Source: Malacoraja senta
Lineage: Eukaryota
Assembly: GCA_038087875.1 (NCBI GenBank)
Contig: JAXLNO010001453.1
Span: forward strand, 1-64,000
Length of the DNA stretch: 64,000 bases
Direction of reading: 5' to 3'
Positions 26,270 through 39,800 of this stretch are shown one piece after another. Each line of letters opens with the position of its first letter. Positions within the stretch are counted from its first letter, which is position 1. The notes beneath the pieces were generated by a model. The model ran no database searches. It worked only from the letters and a program-made list of their open reading frames with translations, and was not told where the DNA came from. The translations under genes and the position numbers were made by a program.

Positions 26270-26935
26270 GGACAATAGAAACATAGAAACATAAAAAATA
26301 GAAGCAGGAGGAGGCCGTTCGGCCCTTCGAGCCAGCATCGCCATTCACTGTGATCATGGCTGATCGTCCGCAATCAATAACCCGTGCCTGCCTTCTCCCC
26401 ATATCCCTTGATTCCACTAGCCCCTAGAGCTGTATCTAACTCACTCTTAAATCCATCCAGTGACTTGGCCTCCACTACCCTCTGGGGTAGGAAATTCCAC
26501 AAATTCACAACTCTCTGGCTGAAAAAGTTTTTTCTCACCTCAGTCTTAAATGGCTTCCCCCTTTATTCTAAGACGGCGGCCCTTGCTTCTGGACTCGCCC
26601 AACATTGGGGCCATTTTTCCTGCATCTAGCTTATCCAGTCCTATTAGGATTTTATATGTTTCTTTAAGGTCCCCCCTCATGCGTCTAAACTCCAGTGAAT
26701 ACAAGCCTAGTCTTTTCAATCTTTCCTCATATGACAGTCCCTCCATCGCAGGGATCAATCTCGTGAACCTACGCTGCACTGCCTCCATCAGAAGGAAGTC
26801 GTTCCTCAAATTAGGAGACCAAAACTGTACACAATACTCCAGATGTGGTCTCACCAGAGCCCTATACGACTGCAGAAGAAACTCTTTACTCCCAGACTGA
26901 AATCCTCTTGTTATGAAGGCCAACATTCCATTATC
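26270..26935 (-). mobile_element. CR1 3' fragment
   Basis: (ATAGAAAC)n tail; ORF 26546-26959 RALVRPHLEYCVQFWSPNLR. Confidence 0.85.
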
Positions 26936-27214
26936 TTTCTTGTAATTGTAAACCAGCATTTTCGGTTCCTTGCTGCTGCAGATGCAACAGCTGATTTTAC
27001 ACCTGCTCTATTCCCACAATTCATGCCAATTGAAATCTATGGGGAACCATACGAGGTTGGGGGCGATGAACGGGCGAGGAGAACGTCCATACATTTAATA
27101 TTTCAGGTAAAGGATTTAGGGTAGTTGATGTTGGGAGAATGGTTTCACAGTGGAGAGAAACCAGGGAGGGATTGGGATGAGGTGTGGCGGGCGGGAGTTA
27201 CATGGAAACAGTCC

Positions 27215-27475
27215 CGTCGAGTCAACACCGCCACCGATTACCCGTCCACAACCATTTCCATGTTATCTCAGTTTCGCACGACTCTCCCCATACGAGGGGG
27301 AATTTTCAGAGGGCTGATCAACCTACAAACCCGCATGCCTTTAGGACGTGAGCTCAAACCGGGACACCCGGACTTAACACACGCGTTCTCATGGAGATTG
27401 CCCAGCAGCACCCGAGTTCAGGATCACACACGTCTATCTGGAGCTGTCAGGTAGCAGCTCTACCAGCCGCGCCAC
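27215..27475 (-). mobile_element. HE1-like SINE, degenerate
   Basis: aacctacaaacccgcatg..accgggacacccgg..cagctctaccagccgcgccactgtg. Confidence 0.6.
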
Positions 27476-28394
27476 TGTGTATTCCGCTAATAGTGGGCGA
27501 TTTCCTTCGGCTGCTCCAGTGTCCTCCCACGAAGGATGGCGATAATCTATCTGCCATTGCCGCGTGGAAAGTAGTATCATCGGTTGGAGTTGATTGGCAG
27601 ATGAAATTGAGAGATTTGCAATAGTAAGTAACAAGAATGAGATTCGAGGGATTGCTCAGAGCCGGCTTTAATTCCTCCTGCAGGGAGGGCAAGGAAAAGA
27701 TGTGAAATCCCCAAAATTTATTTTCTCCGCCGATGACGGCTGAGATTTGTATAGCTTCAAATTTGAGTTGGGTACTCTCTCCCCAAATCCTCTTCGCTCC
27801 AGACTCTAGTATCCCGATTACACCATACGGCAAACACATCCTGTCATTTGGGTCTTGGGTCCTGATATTTAGTTGACAGCGATGTACATGTTGTTCAATT
27901 TGAGGAATTCGCTGGGGCTGCTGGTTTGCGCTCAAAGGTAATTTCACGGTTGTTCACAGCTCATTCTGATTTATTGGCCCCCACATCCTGCTGTACGTTC
28001 GGCTCCTCTCTCTTTCTCTCGCTCTTTCCACCTCCGTCGACCCACCCACGGCCCCTCGGTCCAAACTGCAAACAATCTTTTTTATGTTGGATTCCAGTGG
28101 ATATCACACTCTCAGAAAGGAAGCGGCAAATAAATCTCGTGGCCTTCGTTCAAGCAGTCCGATGGAACGGTCTCCCTGGACATCGACATCCCAAATGTCC
28201 CATTGGCGGACAATGGACGATAGTGATACGCCAAAGCGCCAATCTGACCATTTCAATGAAGGCGCTTATCTAAAATGGTCCCATATGGCTGTACTTGGCG
28301 CATGTTCTTCTAAATCTTTTCTAACCATTAATTAGCCCAAATGCATCTTAAGTGTTGTAACGTTGCCGACTACGACCACTTCCTTACACATATC

Positions 28395-28690
28395 GGCACC
28401 GTGGCGTAGTGGTAAAGCTACTGCCTTGGAACGCCAGAGACCCGGGATCGATCCTGACTACGGCTACTTGTCTGTACTGAGTTTGTCCATTCTACCCGTG
28501 ACCTGCGTGTGTTTTCTTCGAGATCTTCGATTTCACCCAACACGCCAAAAAAGTCGAGTATGTAGGTTACAGGTTAATTGGCTTGGTGTAAATATAAACA
28601 TTGTCACTAGGGCAGTTTTAAGTGATCACTGGTGGGTGCGGACTCGATTAGGCGAAGGGCCAGCATCCGCGTGGTATCTCCACATTAAAT
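28395..28690 (+). mobile_element. tRNA-derived SINE (HE1-like), full length
   Basis: ggcaccgtggcgtagtggt (A-box-like), gggatcgatcct (B-box-like), gttaattggc core and ggcgaagggcc..gtatctc 3' end. Confidence 0.8.
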
Positions 28691-30259
28691 ATCCACCGTG
28701 AGGGAACAAATGCGCTTCACGACGTGTTTGAATGTTTCTCCTCCCTCCTTCGGCTTATGCACTCGTTTGGAGAACCGTGCCAAATATGAAACTCTTTATC
28801 TATTCTACTCGTGATACTATAAACCATGAAAGTTCACCTCACGAACCCGTACAGTGAAGGGATGAAGTTCTCAGATCAATCCAGTTTCGTTCTGAATGGA
28901 ATCCTTCGGGTCCCGGCAACATCCCAGTAAATCTTTTCTGGACGCACTCGAAGTTAACGTCATCCTTCCTGAAGTATTGACAGAACTGCATTCGAGAATG
29001 ATATTCCAAGTGCAGAAAGAAGGAACTGCAAAAGCTACTTTAAAAAAAGATACATAACATTATGTAGACATTATTGGGTCAAACAACATCTCCGGAGAAA
29101 ATGCACACGATGTTACACATTTAATGCTGCAAACCTGTAAATAAAAGTCGAACCTTACACTCCTTTCACCTCCAAAACATTATCGGGAAATCCATCGAGC
29201 AACAGGGATATTTTCACCTCTGTGGTCCTGGCGCTTTTCAGTAATCGCGACCAGATGTGAAGTCTGGTGACTTCACTTATAGCATGGATTTATATACCAA
29301 GAATGCCATTCTTCTGCCGTAACCAACAGATAATAGTTGGCTATCATTTTGGAACTAGCCATTCTTCTTAGTGCTGAAAATGCATGCCATTTATTAATAT
29401 CATCCACCGAGCTAGCCTCAAATGTCTCTGAAATAGAGACGTTTACCTTTTCTCCATGCTAGGTGTTCTTGTTGCCGTGATTCAGAGGCCACGTGATTTC
29501 GTGGCAATTGTAAGTGAGCCCGAATATGTTTCCAAGCATCTAGAAGCGAACCTGCTTGCTTGACATGTGGTGCTGTTAGTAGACGACTCCGTCTTAACTG
29601 AAAACGTGTATACTCCTTTCATTATAGAACTCACCATCGTCGTACACACATGTTCGTGTCCCATAGTGTCAACCACTGCTTACATTTTCTGTACATTATC
29701 AGCTCACCGGACTAAATGCGAACTTACAGGTGGAATGGTCTAAAGCAAGCACACATCTGAAGACGAGTGGTCGAGACATAGGATGGCATGTCCATGCGCG
29801 TCGATTGGCTCTGTCTGCAAACATTGTTAAGCATGGGCAAGGTAAGGGTAAGGGCTTGCCTCCGTAATTTATAACTCAATAAGCAAAGATTAGAGTTCTG
29901 CTGGAAATTAATTCAAACCACGCAGCCACGTTCTGCACGCTCTATATCTGTTGTCCCTCAGAACTCTGTCATACCATGCCCAGCTGTTGAGCAGAACAAA
30001 TATGCGACATCTTGCTCGCATTGCGTTGTGCGTGACATTCGTTATTGGTAACAACGTTTATATTTTAATGTTGTCATGTCCTTCAAGAGAGAATTGCAAA
30101 TCTGTAGATTGATGACGCATGTGAACCAATCACACTTAGCCAGCATCACTAACTCCACCCCACTATAACACGTATACTAAGGCCTATTCCCAGCACCGTC
30201 AGTCTGAGCAGCTAGGATGAACTGACTACACCTTGTCTTTAAATGCTGCCAAGTTACAG

Positions 30260-30934
30260 TGCTGATTATATATGTGTTTAAATCATATACTCTCAGTTGT
30301 CTGTCTACATGGTGTCAGAAGTGGCATTAATCCCAAAGAACTGAACACTGCCATTAAGCGCCCACACCATCCCACGAAGACAGTAGAGAATGTCGCGGCA
30401 AAGATCGGAACGGTCACCCTATTTTCTGTCCGAGATGCAAGGAAACGGTCATACGACAGATCCAGCAGACCTCTCCAGCCTCTACTGCCGGGCCAGGTCG
30501 TCCGTCTATGAACTTCAACTGGACATTCTCGTCTGGGCACTGTTGTACGCCCGAGTGATGAGCCGCGATCGTACCTTGTGGACTGTGAGGGAGCGGTATA
30601 CCGGAGAAGTCGACAACACCTGCTTGCTGTGAAGGAGCCCCGACCACCGCCTGCTGATCCCTATGCTCCGCCGCTCCAGCTCCAGCCGCCTTTCGCAATG
30701 TCTCACGCCCGTGGCCGCATGCCTTGCACGCCCCCCTCCCACGTCCCTCGGTCTCCACTAACCACGGGGTTACACATACAGCATGTTTCCCCTCTCGGTC
30801 ACCACAAGCCTCTCCCGTGCGATTTTCACCTTCAGCCTCTCCGCCTAATCCTTCAGTGGAGGGAGGGGATGGTTGGGTCTGATGCTGACTAAAGATGTGT
30901 TTAAATTATATACTGTCTCAGGTGTCTGTCTACA
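30260..30934 (+). mobile_element. Internally deleted Ty3/Gypsy LTR retrotransposon
   Basis: LTR-like ends tgtctgtctaca at 30309 and 30934; PBS tggtgtcagaagtgg at 30310-30324; RT fragment PKELNTAIKRPHHP; integrase C-terminus EPRSYLV..YRRSRQHLL; PPT ggagggagggga at 30858-30869. The true start of the 5' LTR is uncertain. Confidence 0.8.
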
Positions 30935-30954
30935 AAATCGAAGCGGTCGGGTTA

Positions 30955-31130
30955 AACATAGAAACATAGAAACATAGAAAATATGTGCAGGAATAGGCCA
31001 TTCTGCCCTTCGAGCCTGAAACGCTATTCAATATGATCATGGCTGATCATCCAACTCAGTATCCTGTACCTGCTTTCTCTCCATACCCCCTGATCCCATT
31101 AGCCACAAGGGCCACATCTAAATCCCTCTA
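30955..31130 (-). mobile_element. CR1 extreme 3' end
   Basis: (AAACATAG)n tail followed by the gcaggaataggccatt..ttcgagcc 3' UTR. Confidence 0.75.
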
Positions 31131-31754
31131 ACTAAATGTTGTGGCCTAGCATAACGGGTCCACAAATCAAGGAGGCACAAGGGAAGATACAAAACAAATT
31201 ACACAAGGTATGCGTAGTCCTTGCCATCAGTAAATGTCGTTTGGAATGTAAATGGCCATCGGGATGTTCCCATTTTCAGTATTAGAGATACAGCACAGAA
31301 ACAGGCCCTTCGGCCCACCAATTTCACGTTGCCCAGCGATTTCCGTACACTAACACTATGCTACACATTGGACACTTTAGTTTCATTCTTGGAACACAGA
31401 TTCTTGGATTCATGGAACACATCGCAGAACAGCGTATATTGACGTCGCAACAGGTCTCATGCTTCCAGAAACCCACCGCACCGACGAGGTCCTCTCTCCA
31501 GCAGCCGGTCTCCTTACCGGCCCTATGTCGGCCTCCTCCCATTGTGGGCGGGCGAACCGGGACGTCCGGCTGAGTTCCCGCGCGCGGCGCTTGTTCTCCG
31601 TCCTCGGTCTGCGGCGGGCGAAGCATGCATACCGGGCTGGTCCTCAGTTATTGGCGATTGAGGTCTGGCCTAGCCAGCGATACTCTGTCCGCGTTGAGCT
31701 GCCTACTGCTGGGTGTGGCCGCGGCTAGATCACATCTGGCCGCGCTTTGGCCAC

Positions 31755-31897
31755 ATTCGAGACACATGCAGGTTTGCCGTTTAATTGGTCTCTATAATTG
31801 TTCCTGTGTGCAGGAGAGAGGCTGTGTGCGGGTACTTGCTGGTCGGCGTGGACGTGATGGAGCGAAGGGACTGTTTTCACTCTGTAAACTAAACTAA
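31755..31897 (+). mobile_element. SINE 3' half
   Basis: gcaggtttg..ttaattgg core ending in gaagggactgtttt..taaactaaactaaa. Confidence 0.6.
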
Positions 31898-33331
31898 AGA
31901 AAACACAAGCAATGTCTTATAGTTCACTCTATAATTCGCTCTCTTCAGAAACGGCACGAAGTTAGATTGTTTTCCTTTCAATGCTACATTATCGTGTAAC
32001 TGAAATGTAACTAGCAGATGAAAGTGTTTTCACCGGAAGTAAAGATAATGAAATGTTTCTGGCTTCTTCTTCGCATTTCTTTATTCTTCCAAGTACTTTT
32101 TAGATAGAGAGAACAAAAGATGAAAAACTCTTTTGTTATTAACATAAATCCTATTAAATCGTAGACAGAAATATCAGCGAAATTGATTCGAATTGATCGG
32201 AGAGCACCTTGGTTCGCATTGAATAATTACAATTGTCGAAACAGAATCTCTTGTTTGTTTCATATTGCTCATGTTGACAGTTGTTCAAAGAAGAAGAAAG
32301 ATTCACTTGGTTAACTTGGTCAACACATTCCTATGTATTCATAATTTGAATGTTTAGTAATAAATTGATCTTTGGCTAAATCGACTAAACCTGTTGTTTT
32401 TATTCCTGTGTTGAAAGAAGTTGCGCAACTTCTGGGGGCAGATAAATCTTCGGTAACCCGTCATGGTCAATGTGTATCTGCAACATCAGAGGTGCAGCTG
32501 TAGAAACGCTGCAGAATATGACAGTGCCCCAATGCCTTAATTCATCGAATCTGCTTTTTAACATTAGGACCGAACTCTCTCTTGAGTACATCAATTTTAT
32601 TTTATTGCTAATATTATGCAATCTCCGGTCAGTCACCAATCAAATACACTCTACTGATTGCACCTGGGGAATTCTATTTTGAAGAAAAATAAACAGCCTT
32701 TATCATTAACCTTCTTTTTCGCCTTCTAACTGCTGCTTTTCCGCTGGAGATTTCTTTTATTTTCTGTGCAATTGTACATGTTCAGTATCTGCGGTATTTT
32801 GTATTTTATTAAACTACGCCATATTGCAGCTGGTCCAAATTGGGCGCATCTTCTGCTGCATATGCCATACATGCAGGGTACAGCCATTGCCTGAAAATTA
32901 AAAAAAAACTTCGTTTAACAGCAGGCACAATCACTGTTCACAATCACTGCACCTCTTCGGACTTCCTGTGGCCATTGCGAAAATAATACCAAACTTCCTA
33001 AACCTGGACCAGACTCTGTCTGTTTTGGAACTTTGAAAAGATTTTGTTGCGTGCTATCCAGTCAGCAGAAAGACAATACTTGTTGTAATGGAGCCATTTG
33101 TAGTATTATAGATACATGATAATGGAACAACGTTTATTGCAAGGTGAAGCCAGCATAGCTCAATCAAACATAGTGCTAGGGTCAGCATTTAGGTAGATCA
33201 GTTGAGGAACAGATGTTTAGTTCACAATGTCGGTGTCGACCCGATACCAAGAGCAGCTCCGATCTACCTGCGCGTTACTGATATCCCTCCATTCCCTGCA
33301 GATTCATATCTCCATCCAAAACTATTTTAAA

Positions 33332-36300
33332 TTCCACTATCGTATCCGCCTTAACCATCAGCCCTGGCAGCGCCTTACATGCACTCGCCGCACTTTGTGT
33401 AAAACATTGCGCCGCACATGTTCGTTACATTTTGCCCTTCGTACCATAAAGCTGTGACCTCTTGTATATAATGTTTTACATTCTGGGAAAATCAAAGTTC
33501 CGCCAGTCTACCGGGTCTCATAAGTTTACATAACTCGACCAGGTCTCCCCACAATCTCCGACGTTCCAGAGGGATAAAAATCCAAATATGACAATCTCTC
33601 CCAGTACCTAATTCCCGTTAATCCAGCCACCATGCGCAACTGGGCAACTGCGGCTGTAAAACACGCTGCTCTTATTACGTTTCTCCATCTTGCTGAATTG
33701 GCAAAGTCATTCACTAATGGCTTTGCTGCCGGTCACCAGTTTGTGCAGCGTGCTAGTTTAGTTAGTTTACATTCGTTTGGTTTAGTTAAAGTGATCTAAA
33801 CAAATACAAGTATAAATATAAAAGTTTCTTTAGGTATGTGATGAGAAAAAAAATAGTTAAGACCAAAGTTGGACCCTTGAAGACTGAAAAGGGTCAATTT
33901 ATTATGGGGTACAAGGAAATGGCAGATGAGTTGGACAGGTACTTTGGATCCGTCCTCACTAAGGAGGACAGAAACAATCTTCCAGATGTACTATCCAGAT
34001 GATCTGGGGTGACGGAGTAAATGAAGGAATTCCACAATTGGCACGAAATGGTGTTGGGTAGACTGATGGGATTGAAGGCTGATAAATCCGCAGGGCCTTA
34101 TGATCTGCATCCCAGGGTAGTTAAGGAAGTGATTCTAGATAGCTTGGATGCATTGGTGATCATTTTCCAATGTTCTATAGAGTCAGGATCAGTTCCTGTG
34201 GATTGGAGTGTAGCTGATGTTATCCCACTTTTTAAGATAGCAAATTTGCTCATGTTACTTTGAATTGCTTCATCCAAATCATTTATGTATATTGTAAATA
34301 GCTGCGGTCCCAGCACCGAGCCTTGCGGTACCCACATTTTCATTGCCTGCCATTCCGAATGTGACCCGTTAATCCCTACTCTTTGTTTCCTGTCTGCAAA
34401 CCAATTTTCCGTCAATGTCAGCGCTCCACCACCAATACCATGTGCCCTAATTTTGCCCACTAATCTCCTATGTGGGAGCTTATCAAATGTATTCTGAATG
34501 GCCAGGACACTTCATTCACTGGCTCTCCCTTGTCCATTTTCCTACTTCCATTCTTAAATAAAATTCCAGAAGATTAGTCAAGTATGATTTCCCCTTCGTA
34601 AATCCATGCTGACTCGGACCGATCCTGTTACTGCTATCCAAATGTGCCGCTATTCATCTTCCACTATCGTATCCGCCTTAACCATCAGCCCTCGCAGCGC
34701 GTTCCATGCACTCGCCACACTTTGTGTAAAACATTGCGCCGCACATTTTCTTTAAATTTTGCCATTCGTAGCATAAAGCTGTGCCTTCTTGTATATAATG
34801 TTTTCCATTCTGGGAAAATCAAAGTTCTGACAATCGACCTGGTCTCATAAGTTTACATAACTCAACCAGGTCTCCCCGCAATCTCCGACGTTTCAGAGGG
34901 ATAAAAATCCAAATATGACCATCTCTCCCTGTACATAATTCCCGTTAATCCAGCCACCATGCGCAACTGAGCAACTGCGGCTGTGAAACACGCTGTTCTT
35001 ATTACGATTCTCCATCTTGCTGAATTGACAAAGTCATTCACTAATGGCTTTGCTGCAGGTCACCAGTTTCTGCAGCGTGCTAGTTTAGTTAGTTTACATT
35101 AGTTTGGTGTAGTTAAAGTAAACTGAACAAATACAAGATTAAATGTAAAGGAGGATAGTAAAAGCTTCTTTAGGTATGTGATGAGGAAAAAATAGTTAAG
35201 ACCATAGTTGGACCCTTGAAGACTGAACAGGGTCAATTTATTACGGGGTACAAGGAAATGGCAAATGAGTTGGACAGGTACTTTGGATCCGTCTTCACTG
35301 AGGAGGACAGAAACAATCTTCCAGATGTACTAGCCAGATGATCTGGGGTGACGGAGTAACTGAAGGAAATCGACAAATGGCAGGAAATGGTGTTGGGTAG
35401 ACTGATGCGATTGACGGCTGATAAATCCCCAGCGCCTGATGATCTGGATCCCAGGGTAGTTAAGGAAGTGGCTCTAGAAATCGTGGACGCATTGGTGATC
35501 ATTTCCCAATGTTCTATAGATTCAGGATATGTTCCTGTGGATTGGAGTGTAGCTGACGTTATCCCACTTTTTAAGAAAGGCGGGAGAGAGAAAGTGAATT
35601 ATAGATCAGTTAGCTTGACATCGGTGGCAGGGAAGATGCTGGAGTCAACTATGTAAGATGAAATGGCGGTTCATATGGAGAGAAGCAACAGGATCGGTCC
35701 GAGTCAGCATGGATTTACGAAGGGGAAATCATGCTTGACTAATCTTCTGGAATTTTTTGAGGATTTAACTAGGAGAATGGACAAGGGAGAGCCAGAGGAT
35801 GAAGTGCACCTGGACATTCAGAAAGCATTTGATAAAGTCCCACATTGGAGATTAGTGGGCAAAATTAGGGCACATGGTATTGGGGGTAGAGTGCTGACAT
35901 GGATAGCTAATTTTCTCATGTTACTTTGATTCCCTTCATCCAAATCATTTATGTATATTGTAAATAGCTGCGGTCCCAGCACCGAGCCTTGCGGATACCC
36001 AACATTTCACTGCCTGCCATTCCGAATGGGACCCGTTAATCCCTACTCTTTGTATCCTGTCTGCCAAACAATTTTCCATCCATGTCAGCGCTCTACCACC
36101 AATACCACGTGGCCTAATTTTGCCCACTAATCTCCTGTGGGACCTTATCAAATGCTTTCTGAATGACCAGGACACTACATCCACTGGCTCTCCCTTGTCC
36201 ATTTTCCTACTTCCATCCTTAAAAAAATTCCAGAAGATTAGTCAAGCATGATTTCCCCTTCGTAATTCCATGCTGACTCGGACCGATCCTGTTACTGCTA

Positions 36301-36735
36301 ACCAAATGTGCCGCTATTCTTTTATAATTGATTCCAGCATCTACCCAACCACCGATGTCAGGCAAACTGGTCTATAATTCCCTTTTTTCTCTCTGCCGCA
36401 TTTCTTAGAAAGTGGGATAACATCCACAGGAACTGATCCTGAATCTAGAGAACATTGGAAAATTATCACCAATGCATCCACAATTTCTAAGCCACATCCT
36501 TAAGTGCCCTGGGATGCAGACTATCAGGCCTTGGGGATTTATCAGCCTTCAGTCCCATCAGTCTACAGAACACCATTTCATGCCTAATGTGGATTTTCTT
36601 CAGATCATTCGTCGCTCCAGATCCCCTGACCGCATCAAAAATATTGTTTGTGTCCTCCATGGTGAAGACGGATCCAAAGTACCTGTTCAACCCATCTGCC
36701 ATTTCCTTGTTCCCAATAATAATTTCAATCTTCAT
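33332..36735. repeat. Local tandem duplication (period ~1327 bp) containing convergent inverted CR1 fragments
   Basis: ttccactatcgtatccgccttaacc starts at both 33332 and 34659. Each copy has a plus-strand CR1 RT piece abutting a minus-strand piece. Confidence 0.85.
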
Positions 36736-36831
36736 GGTCCAATCTTGAAGGATGTAGTTTAGGCAGGTATTGTCGCAACGTTTAAGAAATATTGCGACAG
36801 GTACATAGATAAGATATGTTAAGAGGAATAT

Positions 36832-39800
36832 TTTTTATTTTTTATTTGACTTCAAGCAACAGATTCTTAGTGAGACGTGGCTAGACATTATTATCTTCGC
36901 TGGAACATTGTGCTATGTAATTCAAGGACACTACGTGCTCAAACGAGGAAAACCTGATAACACGAGACGAACTGCTGGGCTGAGAGTGAAAAACATCACA
37001 TGGCTTATATTGTTTATAAAAAACTGAAAAAACTGAGAACTAATAATAATTAACAATTAACAATACTAATATAGAAATAGCAATTGAAATAGATAAAAAA
37101 TGTGCAGTCTGCTCTGTTTAGCAGATAACAGCAAGTGCTATGCAGCTCGAGAGTGGAGGGAGGGGGAGACCGGGTACCTGGCATAACTCCAGGAGGCAGA
37201 CTCCCGTTAACCCTTCCAGCGAACAGCTCATTTTTAACAATATTAAAATCAATTTAAAATAGTTAAGAGATAATATACACTCGAGGTTGATATGAAAAAT
37301 ATATACGGCTTATATAGTTTTACAAAATGCTGAGAATTAATCATAATTAATAATTAACAATACTAATATAGAAATAATATTTGAAACTGATAAAACTGTG
37401 GTGCCTGCGTCATAACGCAGACAGCAGTTATCACCTATGTTCGCAGCTCGTGGAGAGGAGAGGAGATCAGGCACCTGGCACAATTCCAGGAACCTGACTC
37501 CGATTAATCCACTCAGTAAACCGCTCACTTTAACAATACTAAATTCATTTTAAAATAGTTAAGAGATAAAGAGTGAGTAGGATATGGAATCGAATACATT
37601 TGACACATATATAAATTGTAACTGGGTGAAATAGAACTGAATTGGAAACGGTAATGACCCCATAGATTTTGGGTAATAAATACAGCGGGGCTAACTTTAT
37701 ACCAACTACGCCGGAAGCGTTATGGATGTCGTACCCCACAGACGAGTGGGCCACTCACTACGGTGTTGAAATTTTAGACACCGTAAATTTATTTGATTTA
37801 TATATTTTTTTTTTAATCACAATATGTCACATCTGTGTGTTTTTTCTTCAAGGACAATCGCGCAGGAGAACTACCAAGGAAGTCTATAATAGAAATACTC
37901 CCAAAATAACCAGAGTCCGGAGGTATGAACGCACCACAATAATTAAGGTCATTAAAACTGGTAAAAATGCATGACGACAATCAAAAGAAAATAGGAGGAA
38001 TCACATTATGTAGTTGGAATATAAGGGGGATTAATGAACCTATTAAAAGGGGCAAGATACTAGCTCAGTTGAAATCATACAACACGGACATTGCGTTTCT
38101 ACAGGAAACACATCTTAAACAGCAAGATCAGACAAGACTGAGGGCGAACTGGATAGGCCAAACATTTCACTCTTCATTTACCTCCAAATCTAGAGGTACT
38201 GCAATTATTATTCGTAAAGGAATTCCATTTAAATCAAAGAACACTATTTTAGATAAGGAAGGGAGATATCTTATAGTAGCAGGGGAGATCAATAATATGC
38301 CAATTACGCTGGTAAACATATATGCGCCCAACTTTGATAACCCTCAATTTTTTAATAAAATTCTGAATATAATTGCAGAATCTAATTATCAAAATGTTAT
38401 AATCGGAGGAGATTTTAATTGTGTTTTAGATCCTTATTTAGATAAATCGATGCAAAAACAAAAAGGTCAGACGAAATCTAAAACCAGTGAACTCTTACAC
38501 ACATATATGGAAAACACAAATATAACAGATGTATGGAGGATTGCAAACCCGACGGGAAGGGATTACTCGTTTTATTCAATGGTGCATAAAACATATTCAC
38601 GGATAGACTATTTTCTTGTGGATACAAAATTAATTTCGCAATCTCTGAATCCTAAATATCATATTAATGCGATCTCAGATCATTCTCCGTTAACTTTTGT
38701 TCTAAAACTAGAAGGAATGTCTATGAATAAACCGTTCTGGAGGTTTAACTCACAAATTTTAAAAGACCCTCAAGGGAGTATCTATCTAAAAAAACAGATG
38801 GATCTATTTTTTGAGTTAAATGATACACCAGAGATATCCCCCACGTTATTATGGGAATCCTTCAAAGCATTTATAAGAGGAGTCATTATTTCATTTCAAG
38901 CTTATCAAAATAAAAAGAATAAGAATGAACAAAGACACTTAGAAGATCAAATAAAACAGTTAGATATAGATAATGCTAAAGACCCAACTATGGATAAACA
39001 TAATAAAATACTACTACTGAAATTTCAGTTAAATAAATTACTGTCAGAGAAAGTTATAACATTATTTCAAATCACAAAACAAGAACACTTCGAATTCGGG
39101 GACAAACCCCACAAACTTCTAGCACGACAACTTAAAAAACGGGAAAAAGAGAATGCAATATTAAAGATTAAATCAGATAGAGGGGAAGTATTAACACTAC
39201 CCAAGGATATTAATAAAAGATTTGCTCAATTTTACCAGAATCTATACACATCTAAAACGTCAATAGACAATAATAAAATCTCAGAATTTTTAGATAATTG
39301 TAATCTACCACAATTAGAACGCAGGGAACAAGAGGAACTGGGAGCACAAATTACTTCTAAGGAGATAGAAGACACAATAAAAACACTAAAAAATGGAAAA
39401 ACACCAGGACCAGACGGATTCAGTAATGAATTTTATAAATCTTTTTATGATATAGTTACTCCACGATTACAAAAAATGTATACATATGCTTATAAAGAGC
39501 AAAACCTACCTGAAACACTAGCGGAATCAACGATCATATTAATACTTAAAAAAGATAAAAATATAGAAGAACCAGGATCATATAGAGCTATTGCTTTGTT
39601 AAATACGGATCAGAAAATAATAGCAAAAACATTAGCCAACAGATTAAGCAAGTATGTTAGTAGACTAATACATGAGGATCAAACAGGATTTATACCTAAG
39701 AGACACTCATTTAATAATTTGAGACGTTTGCTTAACATAATGCATTCACATAAATCTGATGACCAAGAGTTAGCTATCATCTCACTGGACGCAGAAAAAG

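Noticed and set aside
28395-28470. tRNA gene
   Set aside because: This is the tRNA-derived head of a SINE continuing into the SINE body; no complete cloverleaf.
29482-29676. SRFASR..SGSLTI as a V FR3 relic
   Set aside because: No YYC, WYRQ or RSS; the short similarity is likely chance.
31900-33100. Unique-looking stretch as a hidden exon or gene
   Set aside because: Only short ORFs with no recognisable domain; left unassigned.
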